From an uncultured Candidatus Saccharibacteria bacterium (GTDB taxonomy: Bacteria; Patescibacteriota; Saccharimonadia; Saccharimonadales; Saccharimonadaceae): a DNA stretch of 64,000 bases. The notes beneath the pieces were generated by a model. It saw only the letters and a list, made by a program, of their open reading frames with translations, was not told the DNA's origin and did no database searches. Position 1 is the first letter of the stretch. Each line of letters begins with the position of its first letter. Both the position numbers and the translations under genes were made by a program. This document shows, piece after piece, positions 9,090 through 17,689 of the stretch. The stretch is taken from contig CAMPBO010000002.1 of NCBI GenBank assembly GCA_946638615.1, positions 5,746-69,745 of the forward strand, given 5' to 3'.

Positions 9090-10445
9090 ATGAAAGATTT
9101 AGTATTTGATTTAATTGAACAAGAAAAAAATCGTCAAAGTGAAGGTCTTGAACTAATCCCAAGCGAAAATTATGTCTCAGAGGCTATTCTTAAAGCTATG
9201 GGGTCAATTTTAACCAACAAGTATTCCGAAGGTTATCCAAATTTTACAGGTATTCCAGGCTGGGATGAAGCCAAAATCGCCGAAGAAATTTTGCCAAATT
9301 ACCGTTATTATGGCGGGCAAACCAACATCGACCGCATCGAACGTCTCGCCATCGATCGTGCTTGTCGGCTTTTTCACGCTGATCATGCTAATGTTCAGCC
9401 TCATTCTGGCGCACAAGCCAATAACGCAGTTTATTTTGCTTGGCTAAAACCAGGTGACACCGTGCTTGGTATGTCACTTCCAGCTGGTGGTCATCTCACT
9501 CATGGTTCACCAGTAACTCTTTCGGCTCAAATTTATAATTTTATCGGCTACGGTGTAACCGATAGTGGCGACATCGATTATAATGATTTGGAGAAAAAAG
9601 CCCTCGAATACCAACCCAAAATTATTTTAATCGGCTATTCAGCTTTCATGAAAATTCCCGATTTTGATCGTGTCGCTAAAATCGGCGCCAAAATACCTGG
9701 CTGTCTCCTGATGGCAGACATGGCGCACGTCGCAGGTTTAATTGCTGGCGGTATGCATCCCAATCCCCTAGAACACGGTTTTCATGTTATGACCACTACA
9801 ACCCACAAGACACTACGCGGACCTCGTGGCGGGCTCATTTTAAGTCGTGGCAATGTCGCCTCTCCACTCAAAAAACCAGAAAAAACTCTCGAAAATATTC
9901 CCATTTTAATCGATCGTGCCGTTTTCCCTGGTACTCAGGGTGGCCCACTGGAGCATATCATCGCTGCTAAAGCTGTTGCTTTCGGCGAAGCTTTACGACC
10001 CGAATTTAAAGAATATGCTAAAAATATCGTAAAAAACGCCAAAACTCTTGCCAACGAGCTTATTAAGCTTGGGTTCATTCTTCAAGGAGACGGCACAGAC
10101 AATCATCTAATCTTAATCAATACCAAAGAAAGTTTCGGCTTTGATGGTAAAATCTACGAAAAAGCCCTCGACCAAGTTGGGCTAACCCTCAACGCCAACT
10201 CTCTACCTTCTGACGCTAGTGGCTCTTTCCGTCCATCTGGAGTCCGCCTAGGCACACCAGCTATCACCACTCGTGGTCTCAAAGAGCCCGAAATGAAAAC
10301 TCTCGCCCTCTGGATGAAAAAAGTTGCTGATATTTGTAAGGAAGCTGATGCTGAAGAAAATCTCATCAAATTCTCCGCCGAGCTCGAAACCATCCGCAGC
10401 GAAGTTCGCGCGCTCGCCCTCAAATTCCCTGTACCGGGCATCTAA
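9090..10445 (+). CDS. glyA: Serine hydroxymethyltransferase
   Basis: LIPSENY, NVQPHSG, TTTHKTLRGPRGG, SGVRLGTPAITTRG. Confidence 0.98.
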   Translation: MKDLVFDLIEQEKNRQSEGLELIPSENYVSEAILKAMGSILTNKYSEGYPNFTGIPGWDEAKIAEEILPNYRYYGGQTNIDRIERLAIDRACRLFHADHANVQPHSGAQANNAVYFAWLKPGDTVLGMSLPAGGHLTHGSPVTLSAQIYNFIGYGVTDSGDIDYNDLEKKALEYQPKIILIGYSAFMKIPDFDRVAKIGAKIPGCLLMADMAHVAGLIAGGMHPNPLEHGFHVMTTTTHKTLRGPRGGLILSRGNVASPLKKPEKTLENIPILIDRAVFPGTQGGPLEHIIAAKAVAFGEALRPEFKEYAKNIVKNAKTLANELIKLGFILQGDGTDNHLILINTKESFGFDGKIYEKALDQVGLTLNANSLPSDASGSFRPSGVRLGTPAITTRGLKEPEMKTLALWMKKVADICKEADAEENLIKFSAELETIRSEVRALALKFPVPGI

Positions 10446-10455
10446 TCATAAAATT

Positions 10456-10484
10456 AAAAAGAGCTTGAATTGTAGCTCTTTTTT
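10456..10484. terminator. Bidirectional terminator glyA/rsmA
   Basis: AAAAAGAGCT..AGCTCTTTTTT. Confidence 0.65.
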
Positions 10485-10492
10485 AATAAAGC

Positions 10493-11275
10493 TCAATTAT
10501 TTAATTTGTTTTTTAATTTTTGCCATTTCTCTAATTTTAAATCTCCTGGCCTAGCGTTTAAATCTATTTCAAGTTCCCCTAAAATCTCTTCAAGCTTTTT
10601 CTTGTCTTTCAAACCGCTCAGATTGTGAATCAGTTTCTTTCTCGGCGACCTAAAACCAATTTTAATCAAATTAAAAACCTCGCCATCTACTACGGGTTGG
10701 TGTGGCTCAAAAATCACCACTTCGCTATCCACCTTCGGTGGTGGCGTAAACTCATCTCTAAGTACTACTGGCCCCGCCCACACGTTGGCTCGGTTTTTTA
10801 CAAACAATGACAACATTGTTTCTTTCTCGTCCAAAATCCGCTCTGCTACCTCTTTTTGCATCAAAAGCACCACCCTCTCTGGTAGTTTTGGGGCTGTCAA
10901 AACCTTTTCAATAATTGGACTTGTAATATAGTAAGGAATATTTCCTGCTATAACATATTTTTCATTAATAGTCGAGAAATCAAATTGCAAAATATCTGCA
11001 TTTATTACTTCCAAATTTTTACCAGGGAATGATTTTGGCAAATTTTCAGCCAATTTAGCATCATATTCTATCGCTAAAACCTTCTCAAACCGTCGGAGTA
11101 GCGACGAAGTCAAAGTTCCTAACCCTGGGCCAATTTCTACGCATAACTTTACCTCTTCTACCCCTGTTTTTTCGGGATAATCATACGCGCTCCCTAAAAC
11201 TGCTAAATCCGCAATTTTATTCAAAATCTCACGATTCTTAAGCCAATGTTGGCCTAGAGCTTTATTAGCGACCAT
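10493..11275 (-). CDS. rsmA: 16S rRNA adenine dimethyltransferase KsgA/RsmA
   Basis: KALGQHWL, EIGPGLG, GNIPYYIT, QKEVAER, FTPPPKVDS; start reassigned to MVANK. Confidence 0.95.
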   Translation of the reverse strand: MVANKALGQHWLKNREILNKIADLAVLGSAYDYPEKTGVEEVKLCVEIGPGLGTLTSSLLRRFEKVLAIEYDAKLAENLPKSFPGKNLEVINADILQFDFSTINEKYVIAGNIPYYITSPIIEKVLTAPKLPERVVLLMQKEVAERILDEKETMLSLFVKNRANVWAGPVVLRDEFTPPPKVDSEVVIFEPHQPVVDGEVFNLIKIGFRSPRKKLIHNLSGLKDKKKLEEILGELEIDLNARPGDLKLEKWQKLKNKLNN

Positions 11276-12335
11276 CTCTATTCGTCCAATCTGTAGCAAG
11301 GTCAAATTGTTCTGGGTTAGACAGCACAAACTCCCCCGTATCATAAACCTTACCTAACCCTAAGCTAGTTTCTACAATTGAGCATCTCGAATAACGTGAT
11401 AAATCCGCCGCCACCAATACATACCCATCGGCATCGACTTTTGCTCCATCTGCTCTCACTACATAATTACCGCCACCACAATAATGCATCACCCCAGCCA
11501 TTGGTAAATCATAATAAGTCTCTTGTCGTTCAATTATTCTTCCATCAGCCAAAGTTACCGTATAGCGGTTTCGCCCCATCGAAGCCGTAAGTGGCTTTTT
11601 TTCGATCGGACTTGCGCCCACAGCCACGATTCTCGTTACTGGTTCTCTTACTATTTCGTCCGAAATCAAATTTTTTGATATTTCTGCTCCGTTTATATAA
11701 AATACTTCATAAATCAACTTCTTTGTGCCTACTTCACCCAATTGCCTAACTTCAGAAACCCCTGGTTTCATATTATAATCTTTAACTATTTCCTCATTGA
11801 ATGGAATTTCTTCTTCTATTGTTAAAGTTTGTCCACCATTCCGCGTTATCTGGTATACTTCAGCAATGCCTACTTCAAGAAAATTCGAATTAAGCATTCG
11901 TTCGATTTTATCACCATCATAAACCAATAGCCCTGCTTCAGCTGCTATGGTTTTAGCATCGCGACTGGCAGTCATTAAGTATCTTTGATTTTCCCCATCC
12001 TTTACAATTACTGGTCTTGCTCGATAAATATTTATATAAAAATTATCTACATCGATTATCGACTCCAGTGTAGGTTCAATCTTATCCCCCGCACCTAGAG
12101 TGATCCCTGCACGTTTTAAAGCTTCAGACACAGTAGCCGCTTCAGTTTTCACAATTAATTTGTTCCCATCATCATAGAAAGTCACATACTTAGCTCCCCG
12201 AGTATTTTGTAAACTATTTTCACTATCAGCAAAAGTCTGCGTTGAATTTATTTTCACTAAACACCCCAAAAAAAACACGACAGCAGTCGCTATCACCAAA
12301 ATCATAATTCGATCAAATCTTCGCGTTAATTGCAT
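11265..12335 (-). CDS. YabE/RpfB-like cell-wall protein (DUF348 ubiquitin-like + G5 + C-terminal catalytic-type domain)
   Basis: TVSEALKRAGITL..DKIEP (DUF348), EEIPF..GEVG..EPVTRIVAVG (G5), VAAD..G..YDTG tail; upstream of rsmA as in Firmicutes/Actinobacteria. Confidence 0.85.
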   Translation of the reverse strand: MQLTRRFDRIMILVIATAVVFFLGCLVKINSTQTFADSENSLQNTRGAKYVTFYDDGNKLIVKTEAATVSEALKRAGITLGAGDKIEPTLESIIDVDNFYINIYRARPVIVKDGENQRYLMTASRDAKTIAAEAGLLVYDGDKIERMLNSNFLEVGIAEVYQITRNGGQTLTIEEEIPFNEEIVKDYNMKPGVSEVRQLGEVGTKKLIYEVFYINGAEISKNLISDEIVREPVTRIVAVGASPIEKKPLTASMGRNRYTVTLADGRIIERQETYYDLPMAGVMHYCGGGNYVVRADGAKVDADGYVLVAADLSRYSRCSIVETSLGLGKVYDTGEFVLSNPEQFDLATDWTNRDGR

Positions 12336-12359
12336 ACATACCATATTATACCACAATCA

Positions 12360-12498
12360 CAATAAAAACCCGCTAATCGGGCTCTACAAACTGATTTCTA
12401 GGTGGTATTTAAACAAAACTAACCAAAGCAACTCTGCACTCTCCACCCGATTTGTTATTGATTTAGGCTTCTCTCAACGTCGGAAATAGTCTAAATCT
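12360..12498 (-). ncRNA. Candidate structured leader RNA / attenuator
   Basis: Promoter TTGACA-16-TAAAAT (12532-12505), 5' hairpin GATTTAG/CTAAATC, terminator AGCCCG-ATTAG-CGGGTTTTT, competing arm AATCGGGT. Confidence 0.5.
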
Positions 12499-12638
12499 AT
12501 TTTGATTTTAGCATAGGCAAGTTCATTGTCAACATTGTTTTTTAAACGTAAATATGGTCTAATATTTTTAGCTATTAACAGATTAAAACCGAACAAAAAT
12601 CCTTGACTTTTCTTTAAAACTTATGATAATATATCTAC

Positions 12639-13259
12639 ATGAATTGGAGGAAATGGCTTGACGAATTCGTTCTGGCTGGCAAAGGAATTTTGCTTGCTAC
12701 CAGAAAAAAGCGCTTTTGGTATGGTTTTTCATTGGCATTTTTATTTTTTGGGCTACTTATGAATCTTCTTGCTGGCGGACTATCGAAATTTGAACTCATG
12801 GCTACACTTAGTTTTATGGATAGCCTAAAAATCATCGGCGATAGTTTTTTGGGTATTTTTGGTTTTCATCAGCCTTTTCTTGATTGGCTACCAATTTTTG
12901 CCATTTCGATTTTACAAGGAACTCTAATTGGTCTTATCGTTGTACTTTGGGACAAAAAGCGCAATAACTCCAAAAATTCCGAAAACCTCGGAAGTATAGG
13001 CATTATTACTGGTCTTATAGCTCTCGGGGCAGGTTGTCCTACTTGTGGAACAACTCTAATTGCACCTCTCATAGGAGCCATTTTTTCATCTGGTAGCCTA
13101 GCAATCACAGGTACTGTCTCAACCATTATTACTTGGGTCGCAATAATCGTGGCAATCCTTTCTCTAAAACGTCTTGGTGAAGAAACTTATGTTATAATAA
13201 TTAACGAAGAATATCTCGCAAAGAAAGCAAAAAAGGAGTCTTGTGAAAAACATTCTTAA
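12639..13259 (+). CDS. Integral membrane protein with CPTC motif
   Basis: About four TM segments, GAGCPTCG; overlaps the downstream DsbA-like gene. Confidence 0.8.
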   Translation: MNWRKWLDEFVLAGKGILLATRKKRFWYGFSLAFLFFGLLMNLLAGGLSKFELMATLSFMDSLKIIGDSFLGIFGFHQPFLDWLPIFAISILQGTLIGLIVVLWDKKRNNSKNSENLGSIGIITGLIALGAGCPTCGTTLIAPLIGAIFSSGSLAITGTVSTIITWVAIIVAILSLKRLGEETYVIIINEEYLAKKAKKESCEKHS

Positions 13260-13932
13260 AGTTACAGGTCTAGTCGCGATCATCGTCATTATAATTGCCG
13301 CAATTGTCGTTAGCATAAATACCAAACCATCCAATTCTGATCGAATTTGGGACGAGAAGACAACTATTGGCAATATTGATGCTCAAAACTATTTCATTAT
13401 TTATTCCGATATCATGTGCCCATATTGTGTTGCTTTCGAAAACGCCATTTTTGAAAACGAAGAAGCTTTCGAGGAATACATCAAAGAGAATGACATTTTA
13501 ATTGAGGTACGTCTATCAGATTTCCTTTATGAATTCGGAGAAACTCGTCCTATAAACTCTCGCTATTCTGCTATCAGTAGTTATTGCGCCAAAAAAGAAG
13601 ACAAATTTTGGGATTATTATAAAATCGCCATCACTACTATTTGGAATGATTATTTCAAAGATTTAGGCAAATCTGCTTTCACTGAAACAAATAAACTCAC
13701 TAAAGATTATTGGATTAAACTCGGCAAAAAAATCGGCCTCAGCAATAACTTTGAGACCTGTGTTGAAAACGACGAAACTTTACCAGAAATTATCGTTAAC
13801 ACCCAAAAAGCCTCCAAGCTTATAAATGGTATGCCCTACTTTAAATTTAATAATTATGTAAACTCTGGTTTTTCTCTTTCTTGGGGTTGGGAATATGTTA
13901 AAATGTATTTTCAGGCTGGCCTAAATAGTTGA
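13243..13932 (+). CDS. DsbA/thioredoxin-fold oxidoreductase, membrane anchored
   Basis: YSDIMCPYC, CAKKEDKFWDY, GMPYF cis-Pro loop. Confidence 0.85.
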   Translation: MKNILKVTGLVAIIVIIIAAIVVSINTKPSNSDRIWDEKTTIGNIDAQNYFIIYSDIMCPYCVAFENAIFENEEAFEEYIKENDILIEVRLSDFLYEFGETRPINSRYSAISSYCAKKEDKFWDYYKIAITTIWNDYFKDLGKSAFTETNKLTKDYWIKLGKKIGLSNNFETCVENDETLPEIIVNTQKASKLINGMPYFKFNNYVNSGFSLSWGWEYVKMYFQAGLNS

Positions 13933-15105
13933 TTTGAAAATTTTTTCGTCTTTTATGCTATTTGGTAAATAATTTTTATCAAGGTGAAACCCTGATTCCC
14001 ACTTTTGGCCCTTTCCATAGCCCAAATCTTTCATTAATTTAGTTGGGGCATTCCGAAGCCAAGTTGGAACTGGTTCGCCTCGAGTTTTTCTAGCTACGTC
14101 TAGTGCTTTATACCAAGCGTCCGCCGAATCGCGATTCTTTTTCGATTTAGAAAGCGCTATGCAAGTGTGAGCTAGTATCAATCCAGACTCTGGCATCCCT
14201 ACTCGTTCTACGGCCTGGAAACAAGCCGTGGCAAGAGATAAAGCTCCATTACCAGCAAGTCCAATATCTTCTGAAGCAAAAATCACCATTCGTCTTGCAA
14301 TAAATTTTGGATCTTCCCCAGCTTCCACCATTCTCGCCAAATAATAAAGTGCTGCATCTACATCCGAACCTCTCATTGACTTGATAAATGCCGAAATCGT
14401 ATCATAATGGTTATCACCTTTTTTATCATAACCAGGCATTTTGCGCCCTGCCGCCTCTTCTACAATTTTTTCGTCCACTTTGTTTGAAAGTGACAAAGAA
14501 AGTTCCAAATCTCCAAGCGCACTTCTCGCATCGCCGCCCGAAAGCTCTGCTATTAAATCTAATGCGCCCTTTGTAACGGAATTTGTAACTCCTTCAGCCA
14601 CGCAAGCTCGCTTCAATACCTTCTTTATTGCTTCTTTTGATAACGGTGCAATAATCACCACCCGTGATCTAGACAAAAGCGGCGAAATTACTTCAAATGA
14701 CGGATTTTCGGTAGTTGCACCAATTAAAGTAATGAGTCCTGATTCCACGTGTGGTAAAAACGCGTCTTGCTGTGCCTTATTAAAACGATGAATCTCATCC
14801 ACAAATAGAACTGTTCGTGTCTTTAAATTCCAGTTCAATTTTGCTCGCTCCACCACTTCTTCGACATCTTTTTTCCCAGCCGTTACTGCTGAAATCTCCA
14901 CAAAATCCGCTTTAAACTCCTGTGCCAAAATTCGCGCAAGCGTAGTCTTGCCTGTACCAGGTGGACCCCAAAAAATTAAGTTTACTGGTTCTCCTTTTCG
15001 CGCAATTTCCGTTAAAATCTTACCTTTACCAATAATCTCATCTTGTCCCACCACTTCCGATAATTTAGTCGGGCGCATTCTTTCTGCTAGTGGTACTCTA
15101 TTCAT
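13921..15105 (-). CDS. rarA: Replication-associated recombination protein A
   Basis: PLAERMRP, GPPGTGKT, DEIHRFNKAQQD, ISAFIKSMRGSD, ASEDIG. Confidence 0.97.
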   Translation of the reverse strand: MNRVPLAERMRPTKLSEVVGQDEIIGKGKILTEIARKGEPVNLIFWGPPGTGKTTLARILAQEFKADFVEISAVTAGKKDVEEVVERAKLNWNLKTRTVLFVDEIHRFNKAQQDAFLPHVESGLITLIGATTENPSFEVISPLLSRSRVVIIAPLSKEAIKKVLKRACVAEGVTNSVTKGALDLIAELSGGDARSALGDLELSLSLSNKVDEKIVEEAAGRKMPGYDKKGDNHYDTISAFIKSMRGSDVDAALYYLARMVEAGEDPKFIARRMVIFASEDIGLAGNGALSLATACFQAVERVGMPESGLILAHTCIALSKSKKNRDSADAWYKALDVARKTRGEPVPTWLRNAPTKLMKDLGYGKGQKWESGFHLDKNYLPNSIKDEKIFKSTI

Positions 15106-15186
15106 ACCTCTATTATACCTAAACTATTTACTTTTTTTAATTAATTATGCTAAAATCAAATTAATTAACAATAAAGGAGTTGTGAC

Positions 15187-15624
15187 ATGTATAATTATGA
15201 CACATTACAATTATTTAATGATCTAAGCAAAACTGGTCCTAGTACCGATACCGCTACTGGTATAGGTGTCTGGATGGTTATTGCTACGATTTTGGCAATT
15301 GTTGGCGGTATTCTCGTGTATTTCCTCTTTGTTAAGGGAAAAACTTCACCAAAAGGTAAATTTGCAAAATGGCTTAAAGATTTCTTAGAATTCAAAATCA
15401 TGTGGATCGAGCCAATTTTGAAAGTTATTTATTATATTGCGACAATTTTCGTTGTGCTCAATTCATTCTCATTCCTCGCTCTTGGTGGTACTGGCATACT
15501 TATGTGGCTACTCACTATGATCTTAGGGCCAATTATTATCCGCGTTCTTTACGAAGCAACCATGATGTTTATCATGATCTGGCGAAATACTCGTGATATT
15601 GCGAAGAACACCGAAAAGAAATAA
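15187..15624 (+). CDS. Membrane protein (DUF4282-like)
   Basis: FLEFKIMWIEPILKVIY..GPIIIRVLYE pattern, three TM segments. Confidence 0.7.
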   Translation: MYNYDTLQLFNDLSKTGPSTDTATGIGVWMVIATILAIVGGILVYFLFVKGKTSPKGKFAKWLKDFLEFKIMWIEPILKVIYYIATIFVVLNSFSFLALGGTGILMWLLTMILGPIIIRVLYEATMMFIMIWRNTRDIAKNTEKK

Positions 15625-15637
15625 TCAGTTTTTCATT

Positions 15638-15666
15638 AAAATCCCCTCTAGAACGAGGGGATTTTT
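15638..15666. terminator. Bidirectional terminator
   Basis: AAAATCCCCTC..GAGGGGATTTTT. Confidence 0.7.
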
Positions 15667-15677
15667 GTATAAAAATT

Positions 15678-16340
15678 TTATTCATTTTTCCACAAGTTTT
15701 CCACTAATCGTTTTACTTGCATAGCTGTCCCATCTCCGCCATCCAACATTAGAGCGTTAGGAAAAAATCTCTGTATTTTATCCTTTATCAAAGGATAATG
15801 TGTACAACCCAAAACCACACAATCATATTTATTGGCTTGAGCTAAAACTTTCTTCAAGACATTTTCTAGAGTCTTTTGGATATCGTCGCTATTCTCTATC
15901 GCTTCCGCTAGACCAGGACAAGGCAAAAGTTCAATTTCCTGACCTGATTTTTTATTTCTATTCAGTAGCACTACCGTTCGTTCAGATTCAATCGTACCTG
16001 GGGTCGCCATTACTAAAATTTTACGTGCGCCAGTGTTCGTCGCCAATTTTATCGCTGGCTCCACGCCAACAAACCTAAGCTCGGGATATTTTTTTCGTAA
16101 ATCCTCGATGCAGTTCGTCGTGGCGGTATTACAAGCGATCACCACAATTTCAGCGCCCCACCCTTTTAGCTCATCCACTATTTCACTAGTAATCTGAAGA
16201 AGCTCCGATTTAGTTTTATTACCATAAGGACAGTTTTTTGAATCCGCAATATAATAATATTCTTCTTCAGGTAAAATTCGCTTAATTGCCTCAAGCACCG
16301 TCGTTCCACCTTTTCCCGAATCAAAAACACCAATTTTCAT
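15678..16340 (-). CDS. murI: Glutamate racemase
   Basis: IGVFDSG.GG, PYG, IACNTA, VLGCTHYP. Confidence 0.96.
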   Translation of the reverse strand: MKIGVFDSGKGGTTVLEAIKRILPEEEYYYIADSKNCPYGNKTKSELLQITSEIVDELKGWGAEIVVIACNTATTNCIEDLRKKYPELRFVGVEPAIKLATNTGARKILVMATPGTIESERTVVLLNRNKKSGQEIELLPCPGLAEAIENSDDIQKTLENVLKKVLAQANKYDCVVLGCTHYPLIKDKIQRFFPNALMLDGGDGTAMQVKRLVENLWKNE

Positions 16341-16391
16341 ATATCTATTATATAATAAAAATATAATAATAATTTAGCAGAAAGGTGCAAT

Positions 16392-17153
16392 ATGCTAACT
16401 CCTCAAGAAACAGCCAACAAAACTGTCGAGATCGGTATCCAGAAATCTAAATTAGCTCTTCTTAAAATGTTGTTTCTTGGCATTTTAGCTGGAATGTTTA
16501 TTGCACTTGCTGGAGCTGGTTCAATTCTTGGCAACATGTATGGCAGTAAGATAGTCGGAGCCTTGATCTTTCCAATTGGACTTATTATGGTAGTTATAAC
16601 CAGTAGCGAGTTATTCACTGGTAATAGCTTAATGATTATTGCTTTACTTAAGAAAAAAATCATTTTGCGAAAATTGCTTAAAAATTGGTTTTTTGTTTAT
16701 ATCGGCAATTTCATTGGCGCAGTAATTATCGCACTGCTAACTGTTTATAGCGGAACATTAAATAATGCTACAGAAATCATAGTCACAACCGCCACAAACA
16801 AAGTCGATCTTGGCTTTATTGAAGCTCTTACACGTGGTATCCTCTGTAACATCCTAGTTTGTCTTGCTGTCTGGATGGCAATCAGTGCTGAAACCACAAC
16901 CGGCAAAATCGCTGCCATTTTTGGCCCTGTTATGCTTTTTGTCTTATGCGGCTTTGAACATTCAATAGCCAACATGTTTTACGGACCCGCAGGAATCATA
17001 ATGTCCGCTAAAAACAGCATCGCAATCGAAGGACTAAACTTCGGTTCTTTTCTTTTAAATAATCTCTTACCTGTCACTATTGGGAATATTATCGGTGGAG
17101 CTGGGGTAATTGGTTTTGGTTATTATTTTACATATTTAAAAACAAAAAAATAA
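16392..17153 (+). CDS. Formate/nitrite transporter (FNT family)
   Basis: ELFTGN, GILCNILVCLAVW, GFEHSIANM, VTIGNIIGG. Confidence 0.95.
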   Translation: MLTPQETANKTVEIGIQKSKLALLKMLFLGILAGMFIALAGAGSILGNMYGSKIVGALIFPIGLIMVVITSSELFTGNSLMIIALLKKKIILRKLLKNWFFVYIGNFIGAVIIALLTVYSGTLNNATEIIVTTATNKVDLGFIEALTRGILCNILVCLAVWMAISAETTTGKIAAIFGPVMLFVLCGFEHSIANMFYGPAGIIMSAKNSIAIEGLNFGSFLLNNLLPVTIGNIIGGAGVIGFGYYFTYLKTKK

Positions 17154-17180
17154 ACCCTTCGGGTTTTCTATGATTTAATC

Positions 17181-17202
17181 TGGTGGACGATACAGGAGTT
17201 GA
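17181..17202 (-). repeat. Near-exact (20/22) duplicate of the tRNA-Val 3' end
   Basis: TGGTGGACGATACAGGAGTTGA vs TGGTGGGCGATACAGGAGTCGA at 17239-17260. Confidence 0.85.
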
Positions 17203-17238
17203 TTCGAAGAACGACTCCGCCGTTTGTTCCACTATAAA

Positions 17239-17315
17239 TGGTGGGCGATACAGGAGTCGAACCTGTGACCTCGTCTACGTCAAAGACGCGCTCTAGCCAA
17301 CTGAGCTAACCGCCC
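17239..17315 (-). tRNA. tRNA-Val(GAC)
   Basis: CGTCT-TTGACGT-AGACG anticodon arm, GGTTCGACTCC, CCA. Confidence 0.96.
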
Positions 17316-17320
17316 CTGTA

Positions 17321-17397
17321 TGGTGAGTCAGGTGGGACTTGAACCCACGACACCGGGCTTAAAAGGCCCGTGCTCTAACCAGCTGAGCTACTGACCC
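17321..17397 (-). tRNA. tRNA-Lys(TTT)
   Basis: CGGGC-CTTTTAA-GCCCG anticodon arm, GGTTCAAGTCC, CCA. Confidence 0.96.
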
Positions 17398-17689
17398 AAT
17401 TTTTAATGTTGGTTTTTGCAACCTGCGACTATTATACCACAAAAAATGAAAAATATACAGGTTTTTATTTTCTGCATAAAATACACTATAGCTATGAGGC
17501 AAATAAAGGACTATTAAACCACCAAGAAGATGATTTGCGTTCTATTGATAATAATGTGATTTTGTGTTATAATATATGTAGTTGAGTAGTGTGCTTAACT
17601 AAAAATGAGTACATTAAAATTTAGGAAAGAAGGCTATTTCTTTTTTTGTCTCGTTTTTGGGCTTAAAAATATTTTAGGAGGGTTATTTT

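Noticed and set aside
12360-12500. SRP RNA or c-di-AMP riboswitch
   Set aside because: No CAGG..GGAAGG-AAGCAG SRP loop and no GCUGAA/GGGGGA ydaO motifs; retained only as an unassigned structured RNA candidate.
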